Shown here: in pieces, positions 1 through 10,192 of the stretch
Numbering within the stretch: position 1 is the stretch's first letter
How the letters are laid out: every line of letters starts with the position of its first letter
NCBI GenBank assembly: GCA_030706745.1
Contig: JAUZNX010000014.1
Coordinates: forward strand, 9,527-73,526
Length of the DNA stretch: 64,000 nucleotides
DNA from: Bacteroidota bacterium
GTDB lineage: Bacteria; Bacteroidota; Ignavibacteria; Palsa-1295
Direction: 5' to 3'
The notes under the pieces: model-generated
Seen by the model: the letters and a program-made list of their open reading frames with translations, nothing else
Database searches by the model: none
What the model was told of the DNA's origin: nothing
Translations under genes and position numbers: made by a program

Positions 1-3000
1 ATAGATATCGTTGGGATCTGGATCGCGACTCGTCTCTTCGATGCGAAGATAAGACTCGCTCGAAACAGCGCCGACAAAGCTTGCCCAAAGGCTCGAATCG
101 GTTCGAAGATGAAACATCTCGCGTGGAGCAACCCGCAACCGGAAGCTCGAACGAAGATCGGTCGTCGGAAAGAGCTGCTCGGTAGGAATCGTGATGAGAA
201 TGAAATCGCCCTGATCGGTATACCGCGCCGGAGCAAACTCTTCGGGATCGGGCCGGCCGTTATTATTGAGATCGCCAACGTAATAATATCCTCCAAGCCC
301 CTTCTGGACAGGCAGGAATATGCGCTCCATTCGTGCCGTTCGCTCATTCGAAATCTCGTACAATACGTCCGCGCTGAGTCCCTGCGAAGCCATCGCATAG
401 CGAGGCTCGAACCGGAGCAGCAAGGTCGATTGATCGCCGCCGTTCACGACTTTGGCAATAGAATCCGTATACCGCTTATCGCGCCACGTAACGTCAAGGG
501 TGGAGCTGAACCCGGCAAGATTTGCGAGTGAGGCCGTAGCACGCGTCGTCTTTGCGTCGCTGATCGGCACAAACTGACCGAACCGTGCGCTGTCTTCCGT
601 TCGCGTCGTGTATTCGCCTCCAATAGTCAAGAGATTGCCGAGATGCAATTGCGCGAGTGGACCCAACGTCTCGTATCGAAAGCTGCGACCGGTCAGAGAA
701 TCGGTTGGAAGTGCTGGCGATTCAAACGGCGTGGCTACTTTCGATTCGCGGCCATAGCGCCCGCCCAGGGTGAGGGCATTCGATCCGATTCGCAGAGTCT
801 TCGAAAGCTCACCGCTCAGCCGATTCCAGAGTGCCTGCTCGTGCTGCGACGAATCGTATGTTGGCAGATGCTCGATGCTCGCCGAGATGTGCGGCAGAAA
901 GCCGGTATCTTCGTATACCTCCGCATGACCGTAGAGCCGCGTTGAAGCAAATTCGAGTTCGCGGTGCTTGAGCGCCCCATATCCTCCTTCCAGTAGCAAT
1001 GGCCGCAGCGGATGCATTCGCAAGCTTGCTTCGCGGTTGAGTTCGCTGGTCGGTGCCAGTTGCGTGAACGTTGTCGCACTCGCAGCATCATCGCCGTATC
1101 GCCGCTCAAACTCGACATCCTGAATGCGGTCGATTGGGGTGAATTGCCTGCCGATGAATCGTTGTGTTCCCTTTAGCTCCGTGTAGCCGAGAAGTGGCAA
1201 TGTGTCGGCGAAGAGCGCACCCGCGCGATAGGCATTGTCGGTAATCGAGGGTAGTGCCGCAAACCGATTGGGGTCGAGCGCGCTCGTGGCGAACTCGCCC
1301 GTGAGTCCGAAGTTTTTGGACACACGGAGATTCCCGCTCATCGCCATGACCTGATGCAACTCCGGCAGCGGCAAGAACGAAAGCGTATCATAATCGCCAT
1401 GACCGTGACCAACATACTGATACTGTCCGATCGAAAGCCGCGAGTACGCACCCTGATTCGTGCCTGCATATCCAAAGCTGACATTGTACACCGCTTTCAC
1501 GGTGTCGAACGGATCGTACCGATACATGATGGCACGACCGCTATCGGTCACGGTATCGACTCGCACATAGCTGCCGAGCGCGTGACCGGTTGGACTCACG
1601 CCGGCAAGTGTCACTGCAGATTTCGCGGCAAGGTCCAGATTTGTCCCGGCCCTCGCCAGCAGCGCTCGGTCGCTATCCGAAAGCGTTAGATCGAGTGGAG
1701 CATCCGGATTGTCACCTTCGCGAAGATAGGTCGCGGAAAGCTGAAATGCACCATCGAACAACTCTCCCTTCCCATTTGCAGCCAACAGAGACCGGCTGTA
1801 TTGCTGCGTCGAGTATTCGAAGTCGATCGTAATACGCGAGTCCGATGTGATTAGCCGTCGCGGCTGAAAGCGGATCTCACCCAGCGCATAATCAATGATG
1901 TAATCATTCTTCTCGCCGCGCGTCTGAAGCGTGCCATCCACATAGACATGTTCGGTGCCGGCAACGATGATGATCGCGCGTTCGCCAGCCTTGCCGGCAA
2001 GGCGATAGGGTCCCTGATACGCTTCCTGACCCTGAAACGTGTTGCTTGTGAATTGCCCGCGCGGCGATGCACCGGCGACGGTGACAGACCCCGGATCGAA
2101 CATCGCGGACGCCTCGGCACCAATTAGCTTCCGCGAAACGACATCAAAGGTACTCTGACTGAACACTTTGAATGCGTCATCCGGACCACTTGTGACTCCG
2201 AGGGGCGAATTCGATTGGAACAGACGTGCCGGATCCGTTGGCGAATTCATGTCGAGCACAAAATCACCAAGCGTCGATGTAAAATGATCGGTCGCCTTGA
2301 TCTTGATAAAGACTTTGTCGATCTCATTCAGCGTCTGCGTCGTGCCTTCCGGCTGGATGGGCGTTTGCTCCTCCGTCAGCGCGCCAGTGATGTTAACATC
2401 TTTTGCTACGTCACCGGAGAACTGCAGATTGAATCCACTGGTCAGCCCGAGATCGCGATTCGATCCGGCCTGGAAGCCCCGGCTGATCGAGCCGGACTTC
2501 TGGAAATTGTTGAGTATGTCGGCGTGACTCTCGGCAGGTTCGACTGTTGTGATGCGCCGTGGTGCCCGGCCCGTTGTATCGAAGAGTGCTCGCAGGCTGT
2601 CGCTGGCACGAGTCTGATCAAGCCCGTGACGCGAAAAATCGAGCGGTAGCTCAATCGGTAACGCGTAATAGCTGACCGTGAGATTGACTGTCGCACTCGA
2701 CTGTGAATTAGCCGGAAACAGGACACTTCGAAATGACTGGGCAAGAAACAGCGACCGGTGCAGGGTGTCGATTCGATAGTCCTCCCCGCTTCTGAGCTGC
2801 GACGCGTCGAGGCGGACATGGAGCGACGAGAAATCGGGAAAGTTATCCGGCAGAACGAGGGCAGAATCGGCAGCCGAATGGAGCGTGACCGTCAGCGTTC
2901 GCTCTTGTGCGTAAACCGAGGAGCCAATGGCAAGATAAAGCGAAACAACAAATATGCTAACGCTCGCGATGAGGAGTCCGCGCAGCAACTCGGCGTGCCG

Positions 3001-3003
3001 CAC
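1..3003 (-). CDS. Large exported/outer-membrane protein, conserved Bacteroidota hypothetical family (truncated at window edge, >1000 aa)
   Basis: Not in the ORF track because it has no stop inside the window. Manual translation from GTG 3003 gives a signal peptide (LLIASVSIFVVSLYLAIGSSVYAQ), then KSGSISRGFQAGSNRDLGLTSGFNLQFSG, PIQPEGTTQTLNEIDKVFI and QGPYRLAG..IIVAGTEHVYVDG..DYIIDY. The frame is still open at base 1. Confidence 0.75.
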   Translation of the reverse strand, partial: MRHAELLRGLLIASVSIFVVSLYLAIGSSVYAQERTLTVTLHSAADSALVLPDNFPDFSSLHVRLDASQLRSGEDYRIDTLHRSLFLAQSFRSVLFPANSQSSATVNLTVSYYALPIELPLDFSRHGLDQTRASDSLRALFDTTGRAPRRITTVEPAESHADILNNFQKSGSISRGFQAGSNRDLGLTSGFNLQFSGDVAKDVNITGALTEEQTPIQPEGTTQTLNEIDKVFIKIKATDHFTSTLGDFVLDMNSPTDPARLFQSNSPLGVTSGPDDAFKVFSQSTFDVVSRKLIGAEASAMFDPGSVTVAGASPRGQFTSNTFQGQEAYQGPYRLAGKAGERAIIIVAGTEHVYVDGTLQTRGEKNDYIIDYALGEIRFQPRRLITSDSRITIDFEYSTQQYSRSLLAANGKGELFDGAFQLSATYLREGDNPDAPLDLTLSDSDRALLARAGTNLDLAAKSAVTLAGVSPTGHALGSYVRVDTVTDSGRAIMYRYDPFDTVKAVYNVSFGYAGTNQGAYSRLSIGQYQYVGHGHGDYDTLSFLPLPELHQVMAMSGNLRVSKNFGLTGEFATSALDPNRFAALPSITDNAYRAGALFADTLPLLGYTELKGTQRFIGRQFTPIDRIQDVEFERRYGDDAASATTFTQLAPTSELNREASLRMHPLRPLLLEGGYGALKHRELEFASTRLYGHAEVYEDTGFLPHISASIEHLPTYDSSQHEQALWNRLSGELSKTLRIGSNALTLGGRYGRESKVATPFESPALPTDSLTGRSFRYETLGPLAQLHLGNLLTIGGEYTTRTEDSARFGQFVPISDAKTTRATASLANLAGFSSTLDVTWRDKRYTDSIAKVVNGGDQSTLLLRFEPRYAMASQGLSADVLYEISNERTARMERIFLPVQKGLGGYYYVGDLNNNGRPDPEEFAPARYTDQGDFILITIPTEQLFPTTDLRSSFRLRVAPREMFHLRTDSSLWASFVGAVSSESYLRIEETSRDPDPNDIY

Positions 3004-3682
3004 CCGGGCGCTGCGCGCCCTGGATAACGACGGCGAACTCCCCTTTGAATGGCCGGGCGCGAAACTGGTCACGCAGTGCTAAGAGCGTCCCGCGGTCAAC
3101 GCGTTCCTGATCCGTGGTCAATTCTGAGGCCACACACGCTTCGCGCGCCTCTCCAAAGCCCGCAACGAGATCATCCAGAAGCTGCGCGAGCCGATACGGC
3201 GCTTCCAGCAGGACAATCGTCTCCTCGCGCGCGGCGAGCTTACGGGCCGCCTGCTTTCTCTCTTCCCGCTCGCGTGGCAGGAAGCCGGCAAAATTAAATC
3301 GGCTCGACTCGAAGCCACTCACCGCAAGCGCCGCAAGTATGCTCGACGCTCCGGGCACAGCGGTCACGCGCATACCATTCGCAATCGCGAGCCGCACCAG
3401 ATGCTGTCCCGGATCGGCGACGAGCGGGGTGCCGGCGTCCGAGATCAGCGCAAGGTCCTTGCCAGCGCGAAGCAGTTCGAGCGCCTCGGCGCTGGCCGTC
3501 TTCTCCGTATGCTCGTTGAGCGGCAGAAGTTCTTTCTCGATCTTTAAGTCATGCAGCAACCGGCGCGCGGGCTTCAGGTCCTCGCAAAGGATGATGGTTG
3601 CGTTGCGGAGCGTTTCGATCGCGCGAAGCGTAATGTCGCCACTGTTCCCGATGGGGACGGAGATGATGGAAAGTGTTGCCAC
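2957..3682 (-). CDS. rsmI: 16S rRNA (cytidine1402-2'-O)-methyltransferase
   Basis: PIGNSGDITLRAIETL, ILCED, LISDAGTPLVADPG, VPGAS, EAPYRL and KGEF motifs. Confidence 0.93.
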   Translation of the reverse strand: MATLSIISVPIGNSGDITLRAIETLRNATIILCEDLKPARRLLHDLKIEKELLPLNEHTEKTASAEALELLRAGKDLALISDAGTPLVADPGQHLVRLAIANGMRVTAVPGASSILAALAVSGFESSRFNFAGFLPREREERKQAARKLAAREETIVLLEAPYRLAQLLDDLVAGFGEAREACVASELTTDQERVDRGTLLALRDQFRARPFKGEFAVVIQGAQRPGAARRVAARTPHRER

Positions 3683-3798
3683 AGGGCGGACTAATTAGAT
3701 TGGATGGAATTTCGTTCGGCAGCTGAGTGGCATATTGTTCGAGCCATTCCGAAGCATCACGCGTTTTGAAGTATTACTAAACAAGAAACCGCTCGCTC

Positions 3799-5601
3799 GT
3801 GGCAGGTATATTCGGAATTCGCTCCTCAAATCACGTTCGAGACCTGCATGAGGATAGCTCGAAGCTCTTGCACGCGGCGCAGCAGGGATTCAATCATCCT
3901 CACACCATACACTTCTTCGAGGATTCGGCGATTGGGTGTGCCACGCCTCATCATTACTCACAAACGAAGTGGCCGATCCTCTCGTCCGATCGCCGCTATG
4001 CGCTGGCGGTCTTTGGCGAAATCTATTTGCCGGATGGATCGCCGCTTCGGAGCGAGAATTTCGAAGTGGGCTTCCTTAGACCATTTCTGAAGTCGAAGCA
4101 AGAATTCCTTCGGAAGCTCGATGGCGCGTTTGTCTTTGCGCTGATGAACGAGGATGAATGCACGATCGCGAATGATCCATTCGGTAACTTCGCACTCCAT
4201 TACGCGCTGCTGCCCGACGGCTTCGTATTTGCATCGCAAATGGAAGGGCTCCGTTCCCTTCTGGCAAACAGAGTCCTCGATAAGACTGGGATTCAACAGT
4301 ATCTCGGTCTTGGGGTGACGCTTGGCGGGAGGACTACCTTTGAAGGTATCACCCGACTAGCCGGAGGTTCGTACCTCGTCATATCCCGAAATGGTATCGA
4401 GCGATGCCGGTATTTCAAGCCAACATATCGCGAAGAACCGAGCGATGCCACTAACACTAATCTCGCTACCATCGAGGAAGCTCTCCAAACTGCTGTCAAG
4501 AAGCGAACGGCATATTCCAAGGTCGTGGCTGGCTTTACCGGAGGGTTCGATAGCCGTGCAACCTGGAGCATCATATTGAACCAGAAGCGGCAGGTTGCCG
4601 CTCATACGCATGGTTTGCCCGATTGCACCGACCTTCAGCTCGCGAATCGGATAACGACTGAACTCGGAATACCGCTCGACCGGATCCCGTTCGATCGCGA
4701 GTTTCTTCGAGCGGTACCAGACCGCTGGAATGAGATTGTGCGGCTGACCGAGGGAGGTATTTCCATCGCACACGCGCCGACAATCCAAGTATGGCACGAG
4801 TTGGGCAGCCGGTATTCCGTTGAGATCGATAGCTATGGCGGCGCATTCTATCGGCGGCAGCGTATGAAAGTCGCGGAACGGCTCATTGATGCCAAAAAAG
4901 ATCTCATTTTGGAACTCCTTCGCTTCGAGCAGTCTCCCCTGCTCTCATCATCTTTGTTGAAACCGGATGCCCGCCACGCCGTGCACGAGTCAGCGATGGA
5001 TGCTTTGCGCGAATATTACGACTCGATTGCGGACACGATGCTGCTTGGCGACAAACTCGATCGTTTCCACTTCGAGCAAGTAGATGCGATGAAGGACTCG
5101 CTCGGCGGGAATGCACAGATGAACTTCATTGGTCTCGCACATCCTTTTCTGAATCTGACTGCTATCGAAGCTGTAGGCAAAATACCACTCGCGCTTCGCC
5201 GTCGTGATGCTATTCATAAGCACATAGTACACTCGCAGTACCCATGCCTCGAAGATTTCCCGGTGGATAGTTCCGGTTTCGTCCTGCCCTACCGGGGATT
5301 TACGACACTCCGGTATGCGCCAATAATCTCAGAACGTGCGCTCCAGACTGCGGCGAGGCTGCTTCCTTCGGTCTTTGGGAATCTCAGTCTTCGACGGCCG
5401 ACGATGGATACCGAACACATGCTAAGACCGGGCCTTTCCAAGCTCCGTGAGAGACTGCTGGCACCACACCCGGAATATGATACATACGTGGACCGGCGAG
5501 CGGTAGAGACAATGATTGACCGATTCAATGTTGGAAGCGACGTGGGAAGTCCTCTCGTGCAACTCCTGACATTCCGATTATTCCTCGACCTCTTTGGCTG
5601 A
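3799..5601 (+). CDS. Asparagine synthase-related protein (Ntn domain + ATP pyrophosphatase-like domain)
   Basis: (M)AGIFG start, LDGAFVFA, NDPFG..LHY, FASQ, TGGFDSR PP-loop variant, HPFL. Confidence 0.8.
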   Translation: MAGIFGIRSSNHVRDLHEDSSKLLHAAQQGFNHPHTIHFFEDSAIGCATPHHYSQTKWPILSSDRRYALAVFGEIYLPDGSPLRSENFEVGFLRPFLKSKQEFLRKLDGAFVFALMNEDECTIANDPFGNFALHYALLPDGFVFASQMEGLRSLLANRVLDKTGIQQYLGLGVTLGGRTTFEGITRLAGGSYLVISRNGIERCRYFKPTYREEPSDATNTNLATIEEALQTAVKKRTAYSKVVAGFTGGFDSRATWSIILNQKRQVAAHTHGLPDCTDLQLANRITTELGIPLDRIPFDREFLRAVPDRWNEIVRLTEGGISIAHAPTIQVWHELGSRYSVEIDSYGGAFYRRQRMKVAERLIDAKKDLILELLRFEQSPLLSSSLLKPDARHAVHESAMDALREYYDSIADTMLLGDKLDRFHFEQVDAMKDSLGGNAQMNFIGLAHPFLNLTAIEAVGKIPLALRRRDAIHKHIVHSQYPCLEDFPVDSSGFVLPYRGFTTLRYAPIISERALQTAARLLPSVFGNLSLRRPTMDTEHMLRPGLSKLRERLLAPHPEYDTYVDRRAVETMIDRFNVGSDVGSPLVQLLTFRLFLDLFG

Positions 5602-5606
5602 GCAAG

Positions 5607-7358
5607 TCACACATTCAGCGCGAAGCGGTCCTGCGCCAGCGTATAGAGCCTGCGCCAGACGAACTTGTTCAGCAACACGACCATCAGGCATAGCGTGAAG
5701 ATGCCAGCGCCGAGCAATGCGAACTGGCCCTTATTGTATGCAATCGAGAGAAGTGCACCAACACCGTGCGCGGCATACGTCTTATCTTTGAACTGGACGA
5801 ACTCGCTGACGATACTAGCATTCCAAGCACCACCTGCGGCGGTGATTGCCCCGGTTACGATGGCGGGAAAGATCGCCGGAAGCGCAAGCTTCCACCACCA
5901 CATTTTGCGCGGAATCCGGTAGCTTGCAAACATCTCCTGCAGATCGGTCGGCACCGCGCTGGCACCGGCGATCACGTTAAACAGCATGTACCATTGTGTC
6001 CCGAGCAGCATGAGAAAGATCGAGCCGTACTCGATCGAAACACCCCAGGCTTCGAAGAAGAAGATAAAGATTGGAAAGAACATCGGGGCGGGAAAGGACG
6101 AGATGAACTGTACGATCGGCTGCATCCTCTGTGCATATCGCGGATTCATCCCGATAATTACACCGACTGGGATCGTCCATGCGGCACCGAGAAGAACGGC
6201 CGCGAGGGTGCGTAACAATGTGAGTCCAGAATCGCCAACAACGACAAGCCATTGGTGCGCGGTAACATCGCGGGTAAAGACCCGGAAGAGTTCAAATACG
6301 CCATACGCGAGCAGCAACCCCATGACTCCAACGAGCGCCAAGCTCAGCCCCTTTCGCACATGCGACTCTTCTTCGATCTTTTGTTCGAACGCTTCGCGAT
6401 CGAGTTCTTGGCGCGTCGCGCGAAATTCCTGCTCGGTATGCTCCTGTGCATGCGCACGCCGGCGGGCCACCCACGTGCGCATCGTCGCAACGAACGCAGA
6501 GCGGCCGAGAATATCGAGTACGAACGACTTCCCTTCCGGCTCGGAGCTCAATTCTTCGACACGGAACTTGCGGCTCCAAATGACGAGGGGTCGCCACAGC
6601 AGGCGATCAAGGAGCAAGATCATCACTCCCATCGCCACAATCGCGCCGATCATCGCCGGCACATTCCCCTGCGATAGTGCCGCGGACATGTAACTTCCAA
6701 TCCCCGGAAGTTTGAAGTCCTTCCCGCCGAATGCAATCGCCTCGCTGATCGACAAGAAGAACCAGCCCCCTGCCATGGACATCATGGAATTCCAGACCAG
6801 CGGAATTGCACTCGCCGGAAGCTCCAACTTCCAAAGTTGCTCACGTTTGCTGAGATAAAAACTTCGCGACGCGTCACGCAGATCGTTTGGAATTGCCTTC
6901 AGTGAGTGATAAAATGCAAACGTCATGTTCCAGACCTGACCGGTAAAGACAGTCAGTACGCTGGCAATCTCAAGTCCGACATAGGAATGCGGAAACAGGT
7001 ACACCCCGACAACTACGAGTTCCGGCAGGAAGCTAACCACTGGTACGCTCTGCAGGATGTCGAGGATTGCGAGCATCGTCTTCTCTAATCTGGGCGAGTG
7101 CGCCATGGTGTAACCATAGCCAATGGTGAAGAGCAGCGAAATCACATAAGCCGAGAGTCCTCGCGAAAGTGAATAGAGCGTATAGATCGGAAGATAGGCG
7201 AACTCCGTATGGATCACCGAATGTGGCTGCAATGCCGAGGACCACTCACGGCTCACGAGAATCAGCCAGTAGAGCACTCCGCCGAGCGCGGCAAACACGA
7301 CCAGATCGGCAAGGCCGATCCGTCTCGGGATGCTCAGAATGTCGCGGACGAAGCTCAC
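5607..7358 (-). CDS. ABC transporter permease with two TM modules (nitrate/sulfonate type)
   Basis: LDILQSVPV, FTGQVWNMTF, NSMMSMAGGWFF, FPAPMFFP, GTQWYMLFNVIAG and AGGAWNASIVSE; multiple TM helices. Confidence 0.88.
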   Translation of the reverse strand: MSFVRDILSIPRRIGLADLVVFAALGGVLYWLILVSREWSSALQPHSVIHTEFAYLPIYTLYSLSRGLSAYVISLLFTIGYGYTMAHSPRLEKTMLAILDILQSVPVVSFLPELVVVGVYLFPHSYVGLEIASVLTVFTGQVWNMTFAFYHSLKAIPNDLRDASRSFYLSKREQLWKLELPASAIPLVWNSMMSMAGGWFFLSISEAIAFGGKDFKLPGIGSYMSAALSQGNVPAMIGAIVAMGVMILLLDRLLWRPLVIWSRKFRVEELSSEPEGKSFVLDILGRSAFVATMRTWVARRRAHAQEHTEQEFRATRQELDREAFEQKIEEESHVRKGLSLALVGVMGLLLAYGVFELFRVFTRDVTAHQWLVVVGDSGLTLLRTLAAVLLGAAWTIPVGVIIGMNPRYAQRMQPIVQFISSFPAPMFFPIFIFFFEAWGVSIEYGSIFLMLLGTQWYMLFNVIAGASAVPTDLQEMFASYRIPRKMWWWKLALPAIFPAIVTGAITAAGGAWNASIVSEFVQFKDKTYAAHGVGALLSIAYNKGQFALLGAGIFTLCLMVVLLNKFVWRRLYTLAQDRFALNV

Positions 7359-7419
7359 AGATCTCTAACGGGTAAGGAATGATGAGTAACGAGTAACGAG
7401 TGAGAGGCCTCAGAAGTCC

Positions 7420-8886
7420 CTAAGATTTTGGCCGGATAAAGATTCTGTGCATATCCAGTTCCGGGTCAAGGGTAATCGAAAGCTCGTTCAAAATCATTGA
7501 CTGGGAGTGACGTCCACTATATTCCAACTCAAAACCGCCCGGATAATGCACGGGCTGCAACGGATGTAATTTCTCAACCGGCACGTAAATCACCGTTGGG
7601 CCGGCCATCGGGCGACCTCGGAGAAGAAGCTCAAACTCCTTTGAGCGAATATTGAATTGCATATGCACGGGTTCCGCGCTCGCCGCCATGACGTAGGGCC
7701 GACACGCGATGTCGAGATTGCGCGGCTCCTGGTTCACACCCAGCAGCGAAAAATCCTCGCGCATAAATCCGTCGAACGTTTCCGGTGTGTTATAGAGATT
7801 CACATTCCAATATGTCGCGCTGACGAGCGCTTGCTCGATCGCTTCGTATTGCCAGTTCATTTGGCGGCGCACAACGGGCCGCATCCAGTTCTGCCTCGCA
7901 CCAAACTCGGTCAGGAAGGGCGCCATCCCCTTGCTCCGAGCACTCGCCACTCCTGCCCGTTGCGCCGCAACGTACTCATCCCGCTTGGAATCGTGGAAGA
8001 TATAGCCGCCGAAGCCAGTCAGTAGCGAATCATAATAATGATAGGCAAATACGGCGCGATGGTCCCTCGATGCCATGCGAAGATATGATTCCTGCTCTTT
8101 TCCACCGACATTGACATTCCAGTCACTTTGCGGTGCGAGGAGTGCAAAGGTTTGCTGAGAGTGCCTGCGAATGCGCTCGGTAGCACCCTCATAAAATTTG
8201 GGCAGGATCTCTTCTTCGAATTCCCGGCTCTCGATGGTAGCTGGGTGCGGCTCATTGAAGATTTCGATACCAAAGACTCCGGGACGTGTAGCCGCTTCTT
8301 CGGCAACACGCTCGACCATATCGAGATAGCGATCGCGCACAGCAAAGTGAACGAGCGGCGGCGTGACCGCAGAGTTCGTCAGATCGTTGGACCAGAAATC
8401 GGTGAACGTCCGGCGCAAGTGACGATTGAACAGGTAGTTTAATCCCCAGAGCGCCGTATTCGGCAGCAGCGTTTGATCGGCGGCTTTATCCGACCGCACC
8501 CAGTCGGGCATGCCGCTACCACCATAGGCCTTGCCGACAAGATCCTGGTGAAGATCGAGAATAATCAGGAAGCCCTTTTCGATTAAGAGATCGACGTATT
8601 CGAAAAAGCTTGCCATGTAACTTTCATCGTATTCCGGCGATTCCGGATTACACGTTGGCTCGAGTGCCGACCAAATGAACGCAAGTCGTAACACTCGCCA
8701 CCCGCATGCCCACAGGAGATCGACGTATGTTTCGAAGCGCGGCCAGTCCTCCCGCGAACGGAGTGGCGTATGAGGAGGCTCCTTTGCGGATGGGCCAAAG
8801 CAAATCCCACGCAGGAGCGCATAGCGCCCATCCGTGAGCCGAAACCACGCCCCATCACTGTAGATATCTTCCACGTGCCACGTCAT
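7420..8886 (-). CDS. Glycoside hydrolase family 5, endoglycoceramidase-like
   Basis: RL..IWSALEP, ILDLHQD, acid/base NEP, AYHYY, nucleophile TEFG, RPY C-terminal domain. Start taken at MTWHV. Confidence 0.82.
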   Translation of the reverse strand: MTWHVEDIYSDGAWFRLTDGRYALLRGICFGPSAKEPPHTPLRSREDWPRFETYVDLLWACGWRVLRLAFIWSALEPTCNPESPEYDESYMASFFEYVDLLIEKGFLIILDLHQDLVGKAYGGSGMPDWVRSDKAADQTLLPNTALWGLNYLFNRHLRRTFTDFWSNDLTNSAVTPPLVHFAVRDRYLDMVERVAEEAATRPGVFGIEIFNEPHPATIESREFEEEILPKFYEGATERIRRHSQQTFALLAPQSDWNVNVGGKEQESYLRMASRDHRAVFAYHYYDSLLTGFGGYIFHDSKRDEYVAAQRAGVASARSKGMAPFLTEFGARQNWMRPVVRRQMNWQYEAIEQALVSATYWNVNLYNTPETFDGFMREDFSLLGVNQEPRNLDIACRPYVMAASAEPVHMQFNIRSKEFELLLRGRPMAGPTVIYVPVEKLHPLQPVHYPGGFELEYSGRHSQSMILNELSITLDPELDMHRIFIRPKS

Positions 8887-9174
8887 TGCGCGGCCAGAAC
8901 GTATTGCAGGCCTTGCGCACTCCCTCGTGCCCACCTGAAGATCATTGCTTTTCTCGCAAGATCGGCCGCATAATTACCCGGCAAGAAGATTACGCACCGC
9001 TATAAGCTATTCTTACGCCGGAGATGCGCTTACATGAATTTCCGGCGTCTGCCTCAGGGAACGGCTGGAATCTACCCTGTGGTGGCCGAATATTTCCAGC
9101 GGCTGATCAGATCTGGTGTACCCTCGGCACGGTACGAGGTTTGAGGTCGATAAGTCAGAAAGGGGCACTCTGCC

Positions 9175-9495
9175 ATGTTAGTCGATTATACACTCGTACC
9201 ATTGGGCTCAGGAACGCACCTGAGTTCTCACATTTCAAAGATCGTGGATATCATCGATGCCTCCGGTCTGCCATATCGCTTGACTCCGTCCGGAACGTGC
9301 ATCGAAGGGGAATGGGATGATATCATGAACGTACTTCGTGACTGCCAGGATGAAGCACGGAAGCGATCATCGCATATCATGTCGTTTATTCAGATCGAGG
9401 ACGAAGTCGGCGAGCACTCAAAGCTTACTCGCAATATCGCTTCGATCGAAGAGAGCCTGGGCCGCGCCGTAAAGCACGACTTAATAGAAGCATGA
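9175..9495 (+). CDS. MTH1187/YkoF thiamine-binding family protein
   Basis: MLVDYTLVPLG..S.HI..IIDASGLPYRLTPSGTCIEGEWD signature. Confidence 0.88.
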   Translation: MLVDYTLVPLGSGTHLSSHISKIVDIIDASGLPYRLTPSGTCIEGEWDDIMNVLRDCQDEARKRSSHIMSFIQIEDEVGEHSKLTRNIASIEESLGRAVKHDLIEA

Positions 9496-10187
9496 GGAAG
9501 GAAACCTCAATGTTCTCTCGCCACAGACCTGCACTCTACCACGATCGCAGAGAGGCCGGACGCAAGCTCGCACAACTTCTATCCGCATACAAGGATCGGC
9601 CGGACGTAATTGTTCTGGGGTTGACGCGCGGTGGCGTGCCCGTTGCCCATGAGGTGAGCGAAAGTTTACATGCCGCATTCGACGCACTTATCGTTCGAAA
9701 ACTGGGAGTACCGGCTCAGTCTGAACTTGCGATGGGCGCAATTGCATCAGGCAATGTGACTGTTTTGAACGATGATATCATTGCCGACCTCAATATCTCC
9801 ATCGCGGAAATCGAACGTGTGCGAGCATGCGAAGCCAAAGAAATCTCGCGGCGTGAAGCCCTTTATCGCAATAATCGCCCCTTCCCCGTACTCAAAGGCA
9901 AAGCAGTCATCGTAGTTGATGATGGAGTTGCCACAGGCTCTACGATGCGGGCCGCACTGCGAGCGGTCCGCCTGCAAAAGCCGGCACGGATAATTATGGC
10001 AGTCCCCGTGGCATCCAGGCAAGCGTGCGATGAACTCCGAACGGACGCCGACGAAGTCATTTGCCCGAACAAACCTGAACCCTTCTTCGCCGTCGGGATC
10101 TGGTATGAGGAGTTCTCGCCGGTCGCCGATCGTGAAGTTCGCGAGATGCTCTCAGAAGCCATAGAGGCAGAACCCGCAGCAGCATAA
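9492..10187 (+). CDS. Phosphoribosyltransferase
   Basis: DRREAGRKLA, LGLTRGGVPVA, RKLGVP..ELAMGAI and PRPP motif VVDDGVATGST. Confidence 0.9.
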   Translation: MRKETSMFSRHRPALYHDRREAGRKLAQLLSAYKDRPDVIVLGLTRGGVPVAHEVSESLHAAFDALIVRKLGVPAQSELAMGAIASGNVTVLNDDIIADLNISIAEIERVRACEAKEISRREALYRNNRPFPVLKGKAVIVVDDGVATGSTMRAALRAVRLQKPARIIMAVPVASRQACDELRTDADEVICPNKPEPFFAVGIWYEEFSPVADREVREMLSEAIEAEPAAA

Positions 10188-10192
10188 CGAAC

